64,000 nt of DNA from Octopus sinensis (lineage: Eukaryota): NCBI RefSeq assembly GCF_006345805.1, contig NC_043005.1, positions 12,152,001 to 12,216,000 on the forward strand, read 5' to 3'. A program made the translations under genes and the position numbers. Under the pieces are notes generated by a model. The model made no database searches and had not been told where the DNA came from. It was given only the letters and a program-made list of their open reading frames with translations. This document shows, piece by piece, positions 26,621 through 41,690 of this stretch; within the stretch, counting starts at the first letter, position 1, and every line of letters starts with the position of its first letter.

Positions 26621-29480
26621 AGTTTCAAACTGCAGCCTATATAATACCAAAGGAGTGTTTCTGTTGTCTGATTAATTGAGTATTATGTTTTTGAATGCAT
26701 TTTAACCTTGTACCTGCTCTGGTCAATAGACATGAGATCAAAGACGTTCCATGCATGCCCATTTTCTCTGTATTTCAAATTTATTGTAACTAGAAGTAAA
26801 TTATCTGGCATTCAAAAATGCATGCTTTAATTTGAGGAAGACTTGGTTATTATTTTGGCAGTTTGAATGAATATATAGTCAGTGATGTGAACGAAGGATA
26901 TTGAGAGCTGTTTTCTTCCAATGGCATTCAATTGCGGCTCGTTGAGACCTACAATTAAGATAAATATTTCAACGGAACAATATGAATAAAACTAATGCGA
27001 AAGCACTAAGAAGAACAAAGATATGTGTAGGCAATTCCAGTTGATAACTATGTGTGTATGCTGCAAACGCAGAGTTGAACGATTACATGAGAAGAAGACG
27101 AGGTGTCAATACTCGGAGTTGTAAATTCCCATTCTCACAAGCTTCATGTATCAAACTGTAACTTGATATCAGAACGCTGTAGCTTACCAGGGAAGACAGC
27201 GACAATATTATCAAACTCTTTTTGAGTTTTAGTGTCTGCTGTGTTCAATTATTCTTTTAGGTACATTTATAAATTGACCTGGGGCCCCTGCTTTCAGTTG
27301 TAATTAAAAGGCACTATCTCGTATCGAGATACCCGATGAGCACATCTGAAAATATTTCACAATGAACATCTGCCATTCTAGTTAAGTAAACTAATTAATA
27401 CATGTTCCTACATGATTAATAAGAAAAGTGTAAACAGGGTCCAATGTTTGATATTTTAGTGGGAAACACCACATTAACGCGAACAGATGCTACTTGTCTC
27501 ATAGTTTCTGAAATGTAAGGATGTTTATATCAACCATAAAGTACACAAACAGAATATCAAAAGAACAGAATTACACCATATTAACAAGATATATTAGATA
27601 CGATTGAACCATTCTCAAATCATTTTGCCGATGGCATTATCTTCTTCAGTAGTGACTACCAATGTCTAAGATTTTTGCCATGGGCATAGGTAGTATATAC
27701 ATATTTAGTTATAAGCATTTATCCATTTGCCATGCATGAGTAAGTCATATTTACTGTAAGTAGAGACATGTATGCAAATTATCCACTTGAATTATATTTT
27801 TTAAATAAAGAATTTATAATGATTCTTTTTTTCTTCATTTTCCTACATGTGTATCTGTATATGTGAGTGCGTGTATGTGTGTGTTTGTGCGTGTGCGCAT
27901 CTGTGTGTGTGCGTATATACTTACTTATATATGATACGATAATATTCGTATTTGTAGAAAATTTGTTCATTCTTTTATCTTACGTATAAATAAAAATTAA
28001 AAGAACTTCAGAAAGAAACTATGTTTAAACGTGTGTTCTCTAATCTGATCTTTAAAGCTGCACTTTCAATACGTTGGTGATTTGACGTTTGTTTTAATGT
28101 TTGTTTTTTTTTATTTTATTTCTATTGACTTAGCTAATTAAAGACACTGTCGAATAATGTCAACTTGTGTGCTTCCCTGCTTGTTATTTCAACGCTACCG
28201 AAAGTTAATACATATCTTTTTTTTTTTTTTTATCAAATAGTCTTTGCTATCATTCAACCTTTCAATACTATTTCATTGTGTGTATTAGGCTGGTTTGTTT
28301 TCAGTTAGTTTTTTGAAACGAACTGTGTCGCTTTTAGAAATGTAGAGTAGTTGAGCGATTGCGTTGACATTAAACAAAGATGAATAGATTCAGTTGATTC
28401 TTTTTAAGTGCGTTAAAAGTATGAAAAGTTATAATATCTAGCGGCAGAGGAGAGAAAGCTTTGAAAATTAAATCAATGTAAGAATGATTTATATAAAAAA
28501 AAGCAATGCAAGTAACAAAAAAAAAAGAAAATTGTCATCTATGAAGTTTTACAAAGTGAATTTTGAAACTAAACAATGGAATGCAATGATCTAAAATTTG
28601 CACTGTTTTTTTTATCGACTTCACGCCTAACGGAATTTCATTACAATACCGCAGTCTTCGTCGGTACTTTTATGTTAAAAAGCTCCAACTAAATTGGGAG
28701 AATGTATCAGCCCACTATAGAATTTTAAATATATTACTTGAATTTCATCAGTTCACTCTCCCTAAATAGGTTGAAAACATCCTATTATAACAGGCATTAC
28801 CGCGGTTTATAATTGAAACGAACATTTCTGCCAATTGTCCAAGAGCTTCGCCAAATATAATAAAGAAATTTAATGATATTTCTGTCCTTATTTATTCGTC
28901 TAAACAAGTAATTTCGACGCTACTTACTACAGCGTTTTTTTTTAAATTTAAATATCGATTTCTGTTCCTTGTGTTTGATTTATGTGGTTAAATCTTATAG
29001 ATTTATTTGAGAATGCATTCAACTTCGTAGCGGATGAAAAGGTATTTATTTATTCGATAAGGTGGCTGAGACCGCAAACATTTTGTCCACACTGTTACAC
29101 TCATTTGTTTTTTACCTAAGAAAAAGTCGTTAAATGAAATAGAAAATACGTTTGACATAGCTGTGGTTGGAGTTTCTGCCAGTGGGTTACACTAGACATA
29201 GAATAAATGGTCTGAGGCAGTTACTTAGATTAAAGTTTTCAGATGAACCAAAAATTTTCTGGTGATTTAATGATGGGAAATATAAACCTCTTTTTGTTAT
29301 ACCTTGGGAATGTGTACTAATAAATAATGGAAATAAAGCATTTTCAACCAGTGGTCAAGTGCCTCAGATTTAAGGACTATACTGATCTCGAACTAAAAAA
29401 ATTATACTGAAAATCGTGGTTGATGAAATTGATATTAGGTATATTATTCTTAATAGTAGAAAAGCATTGGGAATCGTATA

Positions 29481-29517
<37 letters not shown>

Positions 29518-29927
29518 CTTGTACATTTAACTTCAAAATACTTGATGCGCAAAGAAAAACGGTCCGTTTATATTTTCAATACCATTCTCTTATGTAGCTG
29601 TGGTGAAATGTGAGTACAAAATTCTTATTGTGACGAGTCATAATGACTATAGCATTTAATTTTTCTTTCTTGACAGTTTAATTTTGTTCTGAGTCATAGT
29701 TCGTACTGTTGAAAAGCAACATCATTATAGGATGAAATAATTCTGAGACGTAGACCAAATAAGAAGTTTTATTATCCTTTATGAAGTTGGATGAGATAAG
29801 ATAATAACAAATCAGTGAAAGCTGGTCTTATTGCTGATGATATGATAGGAACTGACAGTTAGATAAAAGAGAACCACAAACAATGGCTAAAGATGAACAG
29901 AATAAGTATATCTTGTATTTCTTGTAT

Positions 29928-30352
29928 AAGGCGGTGAGATGGCAGAATTATTAGCACGCCGGGCGAATTGCTTAGCAGTATTTCGTCCGCCGCTGCGTTC
30001 TGAGTTCAAATTCCGCCGAGGTCGACTTTGCCTTTCATCCTTTCGAGGTTGATAAATTTAGTACCAGTCACACACTGGAGTCGATATAATCGACTTAATC
30101 CGTTTGTGTGGCCTTGTTTGTCCTCTCTGTGTTTAGCCCCTTGTGGGTAGTAAAGAAATAGGTATTTCGTCTGCCGGTACGTTCGGAGTTCAAATTCAGC
30201 CGAGGTCGATTTTGCCTTTCATCGTTTAGCGGTCGATAAATTAAGTACCTGTTACGCACTGGGTTCGATATAATCCATTTAATCCGTTTGTCTGCCCTTG
30301 TTTGTTCCCTCTATGTTTAGCCCCTTGTGGGCAAAAGAGAAATAAGAATAAA
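29928..30352 (+). mobile_element. tRNA-derived SINE family B (tail B1), tandem dimer with 12-bp TSD
   Basis: AAGGCGGTGAGATGGCAGAA head, GAGTTCAAATTCC B box, TTCATCCTTTCG.GGT.GATAAATT core. A second headless monomer follows. TATTTCTTGTAT at 29916-29927 and 30353-30364. Confidence 0.9.
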
Positions 30353-32583
30353 TATTTCTTGTATTGACAGTATGCGAGATATGGCTTAGATGTCTACAGA
30401 ATCCATGAGTTATGAAAGAGCTCAGGATTTGAAATATTTTCACGAAAAGGAAAACCAATTTTCAACGAGAAAAACTTAATATTGAACTGATCCAAGTGTT
30501 ATGTTTTTATTTGAATTAATCCGATGGGAAGAGAAACATAATTTTAAAGGTGGTATAAATTCAGATCCCGGTTGACAGATATTTTATTTAATACGCAAAA
30601 CATTTAGTCCGGTGCGTGGGAGTTTTCATTGTTGATTTGCTAAAGAGAGCAACTTAATGAGTTTCTACCTCTTAAAATCAATTTTAATTAAAAATGTACG
30701 CTCCAGCCTCTGTTGATGATGAATATAAGATAACTATAACTAGAAACGTTGGTTCACGTTTTGTTCGATCATCTACTTCACTGTAAGAAGTCTCTTTGAG
30801 CAGTGAAAATTAGGGGGTACTCAGTTTTATCACTTATTTTGATATCAGATTATTATCGTTGAAGTCAAAGTTTACACAGGTATTTAATGTTATTAATGTT
30901 ATGTTAATGTAACAAAAATATACAAAAAATAGGTATAATAATGATAGCAAAAATCGAAAGTGATTAAAGTTTCATTATCTGAAACAGGCTCGAAGAGCGG
31001 ATTAATGTGCGTTCTGTCCGTAAAGAATGCTGGTTTGTTAACGTTTGTTAAAGTTGACGTAATTGTAGTTCATGAAGTGATAAATGTATATTATTTACAA
31101 CCCTGATTAAATAGTAATAAGAGAGCTGTCACCTAACAGTATATTTCATGTGTTTCAACTCAATATTACATGATAAACTGCGAATGCTTTAAAAGTCTAC
31201 TGCAAAATTCCAATAGGGAACGTTGATAATTTCCTTTTTATTTTTATTGCTCGATATTTTTTGGTAAATACATGGTATACAAAATAATCAACTGGAGTTA
31301 ACGTCGTCTGAAGTGTAATTGGAATCGAGAACTTAAATGAAGACAACTAAATAGTACAGGACATTTTTCTCGACACTTAACCATTCTTACAATGCAAACC
31401 GCATAGTGTAAATATTGTTAATCTCATATATTACAATTAATTAGGCAGGTGAATATGAAGGGAAACTGGGAAACTAATTTCAGGATTATATATGCAATTT
31501 GATTGAATGTTATAGTTCTCCACTCATCAGCTTTCCTTCTAAAAAACAAGTAAGCTTGTTCACCGATCTGAAGGTTTTTCTTCCTCTGAATCGAACCTGA
31601 AATATCATAATCATGTTCTTTGTCCACGGCATCTATTCTATGAATGAATAAACTGAAGCATTGTTGTGACGGAATATGGTGAGTTATAATATTCGGACAC
31701 CTCGAATATATTTTACATTCTAAACTTGTGGTTTGCTAATTGTACCTGCGTATCCTGGCCGTCATTAATGTCTGCAATTGTGATTATTTTACAATGAATT
31801 CAAAATGATAATAGAATACTGTAAAATAGAAAAACAATTTAAAATACACACGTTCCTTTGGTCCTAAACTAAAGGTTTAAAATACACATGTTTCCTTTCT
31901 CCTAGAACATTTACTTGTTCTAAAATAGATATTTACTTGCTCCAGTAGAATATTTTTAGAAAGTTTTTTTACAATTCAATAATGGCTTTAATAGTTCAGC
32001 AACTAAAATTTTAGTCAGTTGCATAGAACTGATGAACAGCATAACAATGCTGAATAGACAGAAACCTTGCAGGCACTATTTAATTTGATAATTCTTTTAT
32101 TATTACGGCTTTTTGCGTCCTCAGAGAAAACGTTCGGAAAAAGATTTTCTATCTTTGTAGTTGTTTTCTGCTACTGTTGTTTATATCTAATGCTGATTCC
32201 TGCGAGAAAATGGGAGATGGCAGATATTTCCAGCATACGCGAATGACTGGACTTGCGATTAGTTAATGGCTGTTGCCAATGGCAGAATAATATAAAAGCA
32301 ACGACAGTTTTAACTAAAAAAGAGACAGATATCTCTTGGTGTTAAGTTTAATCGTGTGATATATGTACATATTTATCAAGGGAGATAATTCTAAAACCAT
32401 TAAAGTGGTCTATTTTGCATGACACGAAGTATATAAATACACATTTGTATTTATTATAAAAGAGGCTACGTTTTATTTTATTCATGTGAAAAAATAATTA
32501 TCGATCAATTATGTAGGCGAGCGTACATACGTACATACACATAGTCACTCAAACACAAACACACAAGTATGTGTGTATGTATG

Positions 32584-32615
<32 letters not shown>

Positions 32616-35591
32616 TGTATGTATGTATGTATGTATATATGTATGTATGTATGTACGAATAAATACGCACATTTTGAAGTCGGTCATGACTTATAGTCAC
32701 ACGACTGCTTTGATACATTTTTCTATTTCTGCAACGATCAGACAAATATCAAAAAAATATTTTTAAAAAACCTACGGATGTAAGCATTACATGGTTAATA
32801 GGTTCTATATGCATATATTATGTATTGATCACACACGTACAAACAAACACACACACACACACACACACATATAAGTATATACATAACGACATTACCACGC
32901 TAATATTATTAGCACAAAAGTGTGTAATATTTAGCGAAAATGAAATCCTTGAATATATTATTTCTTCGAATATTTGCAAGACACATTGCTCATTATACAA
33001 AACGTAGGTTGTTAATCTCAAAAATATGTAGAAGCCTAATAGCAATAACAATAAATGATGCGTGTGTTAGAGTTTATTCTTAAATCGTATAAGAAAACCT
33101 ACTTTTCTATTTCAGTCCATGAAAAATCTGGAAGCTATTTTCAATACTTAGTAAAAACTACATTCTATGTTTCAAATTCTATGACATGTTGAATAGGAGA
33201 GTAGTTTCCAGTTTCAGTTTTTTATGTACCCGCATTATATACAAATATAAAATGTTAAAATGAACATCAATATTTATATTTTCAGGAAAAAAGTCTTCCC
33301 TATATATTTTACACCCCACCACTTAGTCTAATATAGAAGTAACACATTCGATAATGTAAATCTAGACACACTAAGGTCACTAAGATTTACAAAAATAGGT
33401 TCAGCAGGGCTAGTCTGATTTTGATCAATGTTTTTTTCGTTCAGTAATGACCTTAGAATAAAGAACAACAAAAGAAATACTGAACTCTTATTTGACATGG
33501 TAGAATTATCAGTATAATCCTCCTCGTTAAATTTTACTATCTAAACAGCAGGAACACATTGTTAGCTATAAGAAATTTACCCCAATGATAGGTCCCAATG
33601 ATTTACCCCAATGATAGGTCGGTACATCATAACGAATAAATGACATAGAATGCCTGGGCAGAGAAACAAGCGACCGAAATAAGATCCAGAGCGGTGAAAA
33701 TACAATGCATTTCATTAAATATTTTCCCGTGCAAGGCTGACTTTATAATAGATAACCACAACAACATCTAGATTCTGAGAATAACTTCACTTTATTTATC
33801 ACGCTGTTGAACATTATCCAGTATGAAATATTGCATTATAGCATTTCGACATTTCAAAAATTGCCTTAATACCATTGATTACGCAAGTTAACTAATTAGA
33901 AAGTCCTGTGTAATTCTTAGAAACCTTTAATTTAGGACCAAAGATGACTGGAAGCAATTTTTGGAATTTTAACAGCTATGCAGGAATCCCTCAAACACAC
34001 AAAATATCACGTTTGGTTACTGTTCTTGTGCTTAATGACATAGTAATGTGAAGAGCAGAATTTAGATGACTACATTAAGGAGTAGCAATGAAACAGATAA
34101 TCAATCTAAGAAATCCCTCTATATTGCTATATGTAATATATATAACATCACCATTAGGAGAAATAGAAATAATTGGGATAGTAACTAGGCCAGGAAAGGA
34201 GATCATAACGGACGAAAATGTTCAAAACAACAAAGGTAAAAATAAAGCAATTGTGACCAACGTCCATCTCAAGGGAAGAAATAATACTAACATTATAAGA
34301 TACTTAGTATAGAAACTATCCAAGATACGATATAATACCAAACTCATGGTGGAGATATTTGATAGACTCAAAACGTTCCAGCAATATTGTTTGGTAAGCT
34401 ATACAAAAATAAAACGGGAAAACCCTTCATAGCTGACTTAAGGCAATATAGTATTAATTAATAAAACTAAGGAACGACTCTGAAAATTAACGATACATTC
34501 TTAGGTATTAACGATTTCATTTCTGCTAAAGGTGCAATAGTATATGATACTTAAAAGCACCTCAAAGAGGTGCTGTTAAGTATCATATGGTTTCAAAATT
34601 CAAATTCTGCACAACAAAATCATAAAAAGGGTATGTATAAACAAAAAAATGAATAGGTAGGTATTGCTTATACATGCAATGTTTCCAAATCATTGGCCGG
34701 TGGATTATAATGAATAAATAGCACAGAATTCTGGTGATAGAAATTAATGACCCAACTGTAAATCACACATTTAATAAAGGGAGAATGTTCACAGGTGACT
34801 TTATTCCACCATTTATTTCTACCTGGCGCTTAACATATTTAGCTATCATTTTAAGCTTTACTGAACTTGGCGACAAATCGAATTGGAGAATGATCGCTAA
34901 TATTTTTTACAGATGACCTCAACTTTTTATTCATAAGCAAGTAGAAACACTTTTGCACATAGTGCATAGGTTAACTCGATGAAATTAAAGAAAGTAGCAT
35001 AAGAACAATATAAATTTTAAAAATCTATGCTATATTAAAGATGACATATTTAAAAATAATTTCTGTATTCTTTTTTTATAGAGAAATGGATTTAAGAGAA
35101 ACAGACCATTCAAAAAATTATGAATATAAACATGCCTGAGTGAAGAATAGGTCATATATATATGGCATTTTTTGGCATTTGTATATGTGTTCGTTAATAG
35201 GTTACAGTTAAAATGATCTCAGTATGTATTTCGGTAATACACTTCAGTTATAATGTATCATTGGGCTACAGGAATAGGAATGATTTGACAATGCAGGAAG
35301 ACGAAAAATAATGACTGCATTACAGTACACCATGTAAATCGTGATGCAGAAAGTACATATTCACATCAAATAAACCCAGTTGGAGACCTTACACAACTAG
35401 AAATAGTTTTAAAAAATTCATTTGCAAATTAACTTGGTGGTATTCAAAAGCATCGCCTCTAGCGCTTAATTTTACCTTTTATCGAACAAAAGGATAAAAA
35501 CTACAATTGAACTCGTCAGTATTTTGAAACCAGCAATTAAATGCACGGTATTTTATTCAAAGTTTTAGCGGTTTTACCAATATAATCACCC

Positions 35592-35672
<81 letters not shown>

Positions 35673-35673
35673 A

Positions 35674-35708
<35 letters not shown>

Positions 35709-36523
35709 GTAGTAGTGAGGTGGAGGAGGATGGTCGAACTGAATTGCGAATAGCAACATAATAGCGGATATATACATACATACATACATACATACATACA
35801 TACATACATACATACATACATACATACATACATACATACATACATACATACATACATAATATATACATACATATATATATACTATTATGGAGAAAGCTTG
35901 ACCGTCTGGAAATATTTTTGTAAATTCATGTTCCAAGAAATTTCCTATAATTTCGATTTTCGAGGTTAATTGAAATTTCAAACTCCAAATTCTTGCAAAT
36001 TTAAATATTCATTGCATTCATTGCGTCCAGTTCTTCATAAATTTAAATATTCATTGCATTTACTTTAGAGTAGATTGTAATGTTTAATAATAAACACCCT
36101 TAACATTCTTTGAGGGCAACATTTTACGTTTTTATGTGCAACAGTATCTCATTCTAATTCGCCTCTATTTTCATTAATGATAATTTATTGATTGCTCTAT
36201 AACTTTGATACGAGACACAATATCAAGACTATTAATAGTTTCTGGAGTTTGTTAAATGAATATTTTTGATAAAATGAAAATTCTTTAATATACCGGTATA
36301 ATTCTTTTTTTAGATGAAGAAGTGAATTTGTTGGTATGGCTACTTGGAACGTTGTAAACCTTACAATAATATGTGATCGCTGCTATTTCTAGCACGCTAA
36401 ACATGATAGTTTTTAACGAGCTTTCACTTACACAATTTTAGTTTTCTTATTTACACAAAATAGCTGCATAACTTTGATACAAGGCACAATTTAAAGAATT
36501 ACAGAAATTTTATAAAACATATT

Positions 36524-36872
36524 CCACCAGTTACCAGTTACCTCTGGTAGGCGAGCTACCAGTGAAGACAGGAATCTCGCAGTCAGTGGTCCGGCCCCAC
36601 CAAATGTCTCGAACGCCACAGGATGGAAAATATAGCTGGCCGACAGATCACGGACCTTCAGGATTTTGTTCCGTTTGGCCGCAGAAGCTGTGGATCTCGC
36701 CCTGGCCGTAGCATCTATGATGTGATAAGAAGTAATGGAGTCGCTAACTGTGACGTTACAGACAAGGCATCTGCGTCTTGATCAGGGGTACAGGGTGAGG
36801 GCGTCAGGTCTTTTCCCATCACATCTAGACAACCTAGATGGTTCGAAGATGGAGGGGATGTTTGTTCTGGCA
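36524..36872 (-). mobile_element. CRE-clade non-LTR element, restriction-like endonuclease fragment
   Basis: EPSRLSRCDGKRPDALTLYP*SRRRCLVCNVTVSD..AAKRNKILKVRDLSASYIFHPVAFETFGGAG matches the CRE-type RPD..(W)D.TV..K..KY..P.A.ET.G pattern. One stop, no frameshift over about 115 codons. Confidence 0.8.
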
Positions 36873-36924
36873 TTTACATCTATATTTCCTATATATGTAT
36901 ACATATATGAAAGAGGCCCCTGGT

Positions 36925-37150
36925 ATATATATTTGTATGTGTGTCTGTTTTTGTACCACCACCACCACCGCTTGACGACCGATGTTGGTGTGTTTACGTT
37001 CCTGTATCCTAGTGGTTCGGCAAAAGAGACCGACAGAATAAGTATTAGGCTAACAAAGAATAAGTCCTAAGGTTGAACTGTTCGATTAAAGCCGGTGCTG
37101 CAGCATAGCCGTAGTCAAAAGACTGTAACAAATAAAAACAATAAAAGAAT
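36925..37150 (+). mobile_element. SINE family A, 3' half
   Basis: CGCTTGACGACCGATGTTGGTGTGTTTACG..GGTGCTGCAGCATAGCCGTAGTC. Confidence 0.85.
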
Positions 37151-37213
37151 ACATACGTACATACAAATATATATATGTGTATATATATTTTTTTTTTCTC
37201 ACCTATATATATA

Positions 37214-37244
<31 letters not shown>

Positions 37245-37392
37245 GACAAACAAAAACAACGGTAGATTCACTTTAACATTTAAAGGATTTGTGTGTTTTT
37301 AAATGGCTTATAAACAACATCCACGGTGTTTTTTTTTTATGTTTCAGCATACGGTCTCAGATCAAGTCACATGCTATGGAAGTACAACTTCC

Positions 37393-37471
<79 letters not shown>

Positions 37472-38449
37472 CATACATTCCTTCTCAAGCTAACATATAT
37501 GAAACCCATAATGTGGGCATATGAGTTATGGTAAAGAAAAGTGCATTGAGAATGCACATAACTCCTAAAATATGAATGAGTATAAAGTGATTTCATAATA
37601 TACAATGTAACGGTGCCTGGAAGGTAAATAGAATACATATTATACAAACAATAGATCTCCAAACAATCTAGTTCAGTCAAATAAGTGAGACCATTACCGC
37701 TGAATCTCCCACCTAAGCATATATTCCGCAATAGAAAGGAAACAGTGCAACAGAAACGGAGATGCAGAAAATGATGAACCATGGAAACAAAATGAAAATA
37801 TTACATAACCCACTATCTTCAAAATACGCCTTACAGTAACATAAGAATTGGTGTAATGTGAAGAGAGTAAAGACTAAAATAAGGCTCGAAATATATATAT
37901 ATACATCTCTGACAATAATCAACGAATATAGTGCCGCAATTAAAATATAACCTTGTTCTCACTTTTAAACATAAAAAGAGTACAGAGTACAAGAGGGAGC
38001 GAACATGCGAGGAACAATATATAAAACTACTGTACGTTTCATATGTAACTTGATGAATCCAAGGTTATGTTATACACTGAGAGGCCGCTCCCCGAAAAAC
38101 ATGCTTTCACACGGAAACAAATTTGAATTTCGAGCGAGTGTGTAAACTAAGCTATTCGGTTTGTGTTATAAAAAACGAAGGTAAACAATAAGTCTTTAAT
38201 CGAGAAATAAGAACAGAATCTAGAAGGGAAATACGTACATAGACTTTTAAAAATTGATACGCTTTAAGATATATTTTGTGTTAGCGAAAAATGAACGAAG
38301 TAACAAATGTTAAGTATAGAGAGAGTAGCTTCACATAAATAAACCAATCTGGAAGTACAAGAATGCATGTAAATATTATCATGCAGAGAAACACGCTTCT
38401 CTATCTGTGGATTCTTCTTTAGAAGTTGTTTAGATTAAATACCAAATTG

Positions 38450-39070
38450 TTTTACTGGAACATTAAAGAACAACTAACATTGGATTATATTGCAATGTCA
38501 ACAGTAGTCAATGCATATTTGAAGATATAAAACCAAAGGACCCACCACAAACGAGAACAAAACATCGGAGCTGAAAGAGATTCGGAAACTTCAATGACAC
38601 ACTAAACATATACTGGTATAACTAGAAGACCATTAAGCAACCCAGTAAAAGCATAAAGCAAATGAGAAACATGAAAAGACTCCAATTTCAGATCGAAATA
38701 CCCAATGAGAATTCCCAAATCTGTATCAATGATATTCAATTAATTCTAATGATTCCGCCAGGCAAAACATAATATAGTTCCAAAACTACAGGAATATAAC
38801 ATTACAAAGCCTTTACATCTTTACAAGTTGACTACTCATTTGGAAGATAATAAAACACTTCTAGAGGAACCAAAGGTCATGAGAAAGAGGTTTATGTGTG
38901 TATAAATCAATTACTGGGTAATCTAGCTATCTTTGAAACAGAAAAAAACTGAATAAGTTTATTTTAGAATTGCATGGTTTGATTACGGAAAAGGACGTGA
39001 TAACGTAAGGGTCTCCTACATATTGGAGATAATCACAGAAATAAATCATCGGCATTACTAGCATAAAGTA
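38450..39070 (+). mobile_element. Highly decayed R4/Dong-like RT fragment
   Basis: Frameshifted remnants: NYRNIT, EE(Q)KG..CINQLLGNLAIFE, and AWFDYGKGRDNV (compare AWIDYKKAYDSV). Confidence 0.55.
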
Positions 39071-39473
39071 TCAACCATATTAATAACGTATTACATGAAC
39101 TTCGCCATAGGAAAAGAAAAAAATGACAGGAAGGAAAATATAGCCTTTTCTCTTCTGTTTTACTTAAAAAAAATCTGCTGACTGACTCGATTCAGCGATA
39201 GTTTTTAATGCAACGAACAAACAATAAAACTGCCCTCTCTAAAACTATTTATGATCTATGATTTACAGTATCCCTCCGAAAATGTTTAGTCACATCGTTC
39301 TTAAATTCACTGACAATATAAAAATGAACGTGCGATTCGATAAATGTTCCATAACTAATTTAAGATTATATTAAATCAGATATTGACACTCAAAGTTAAC
39401 AACTGGAATCGAATTACCCTTTCAAATACTTGCAGTATACGATTCCATCAATTAACTATCTCGGAGTTAAACT

Positions 39474-39692
39474 ATAAAGTTTGGCAATTTGGCACAAGGC
39501 CAGCAATTTCGGGAGAAGGATAAGTCGATTACATCAACACTGGTGCTCGAATGGTACTTACTTTATCAACCTCAAAAGGATGAAAGACAACATAGACCTC
39601 GGTGGAATTTGAACTCAGAACGTAAAGACGGATGAAATGTCGCTAAGCATTTTCCCCCGGAATGCTAACAATTTTGCCAGCTCGCTGCCTTA
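39474..39692 (-). mobile_element. SINE family B (tail B2)
   Basis: Family B head and core on the minus strand, tail ..GCTGGCCTTGTGCC. Candidate TSD AGTTAAACT at 39465-39473 and 39693-39701. Confidence 0.8.
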
Positions 39693-39826
39693 AGTTAAAC
39701 TCATATTTTAGAAAATAATTAAATACAGTGATGCTAATGCAATACTGGTACGAAATACATTAGACATATCAAAAACTAATTTAAAGCAATTTAAATATAT
39801 CAAAGTGGCACCATCCTGAAAAAATA

Positions 39827-40385
39827 TTGGGTTGTCCGGAAAGTTCGTGACGATTTTTAAAGGAAATAGGTCAATAAATACTTGCCATTACATTTTTAAT
39901 CAACCAAATATGAACCATTTTGTTGCACAATGCGTCTCCATCTTTCCTTTTAGTTGAAAATACCTTCTTCCCAGAATTGAGGTGGTTTCACGGCAAAAAG
40001 TTCAAGGTATCTTTTTACGTCATCCAAGGAATTGAAATTTTTACAATTAAGACTATTCTGCAGAGACCTGAATAAGTGGAAATCCGAAGGAGCAATATCT
40101 AGTGAATATGGAAGTTGGGGTAACATATCCCAACCGAGCTGCAGCAATTTTTGTCTGGTTCCCAAAGCATCAAGTGCCGAAAATGAACTTTCTTATCTTC
40201 CATTTTAAAGAGTTACAGAATTAACACATGTTATAGGAACATAAACCTTCTTCCACAAAAAGATAGCTTAAACTGTGCTCTAAATGGAGGTGTAGACAAA
40301 TCTTATTTTATTGACTCAACTATTTTCTAAAATAAGTCGCAAGGTAAGCTACTATAAATCGGCACGAACTTTCCGGACAACCCAA
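39827..40385 (-). mobile_element. Internally deleted mariner
   Basis: 30-bp TIRs TTGGGTTGTCCGGAAAGTTCGTG(A/C)CGATTT with one mismatch, TA TSD, transposase remnant LPYSLDIAPSDFHLFRSLQN (YSPDLAP motif). Confidence 0.95.
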
Positions 40386-41406
40386 TATATCGAACCATCA
40401 TAAATGGAGGGTGTAGCTTGATACATATTGAAACATCTAATAATTCAACAATACCACAACTAAGTGTAGAAAAATATTTAGAAGGAAGTAAATTCTGCCA
40501 ACTAAACACAAATCTACATAGTTCGCAAAAAGTTACCTTTTTACAGCTAAAAGGGTTACAGACACTCTTTTATTATTTTGCTTCTATACTGAGGTGAATT
40601 TATGGGTAGTGACATATCTAATAATTTCATCCTGCTTCTTGGCTCAGTGTTGGGTTTTAAAAGTGATGTATACTATATCACACCCTTAATCCTTGCAATT
40701 AATAGATTTTTACACGAGATTTTATGATGTGCTTGTTGTAGTTACTACTTCAAAAATAATTCGATTCCACAACCAACGTTTTTAAAATACAGTTGCATAA
40801 TACCTTCTTTACTCTTGCTTCGTTTAGAAGCAGTCGCAAAAAAGAATACTATTATGGAAAATTTTCTTAATTACCTTATACGGAGAATTGGGTTATATCC
40901 AAAAAGCCATTTGTGTTGCAGTCGATGTAAGATTAACACTAATACGGCCAAAGTATGTGCAATTTAAACTACCTGGATTCTTGCAAGTGCCTCCATGGTA
41001 ATACTTGTTGCTATGATTCTCTTCAAAGCAATTTGCTAGACTATTTGGAATACATTTACGATAAGCAGTTTATTATGATATTTATAATTTTGGTCATTTT
41101 TGTTAATTCAGTGATACAATGATTTTATATATTTTTCACCTTGTTTGTTCTTTCAATATTTTGTCTTCGGCCGTAAATGTGTCGCGTAGATATTTTAACA
41201 TGAAGTATATCCAACATGTGTAAGGAAATAAAATAAAATCCATAAAAACAATATTTTCTTTTTTTTTTTGTCTTCGGCCAGATAACGAGGGGAAATCAGG
41301 TGTAATAATATATGACAAGCACTCCAAATAGATATACATCTAGTAATACTATATATACGGTTGGGCTTTAGAGAGACTTGTCAATGGCTCGAGAGCCTGT
41401 AATAAT

Positions 41407-41460
<54 letters not shown>

Positions 41461-41461
<1 letters not shown>

Positions 41462-41690
41462 GGGACCTTTTGAGCGGGATGGGCTACTCAACCTGAAGAA
41501 AATTCTAACTGGGCCCCACCTGCAAGGTCATGTGCTGTTTATCTTGATATGAGATCACCATGTCGCGCACATATGGTTGTGATGCATGTGCCTGGTGTAC
41601 CCTTATCAGACGGGTAGTCATGATGGGTATATTGGACTTCGTATATTTTACCCCAGTGTCACTTTGATGGCATGAACTGCTCTCTCACTC
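41461..41690 (+). mobile_element. Retroposon 3' fragment (family E) embedded in (AAT)n
   Basis: 230-bp GC-raised island flanked on both sides by (AAT)n. No ORF. Family identity is from recollection of an octopus repeat only. Confidence 0.6.

Noticed and set aside
34060-34450. Possible decayed retroelement coding sequence
   Set aside because: No diagnostic motif could be read.
37607-37841. Second solo LTR (TGTAA...TTACA)
   Set aside because: No matching target-site duplication.
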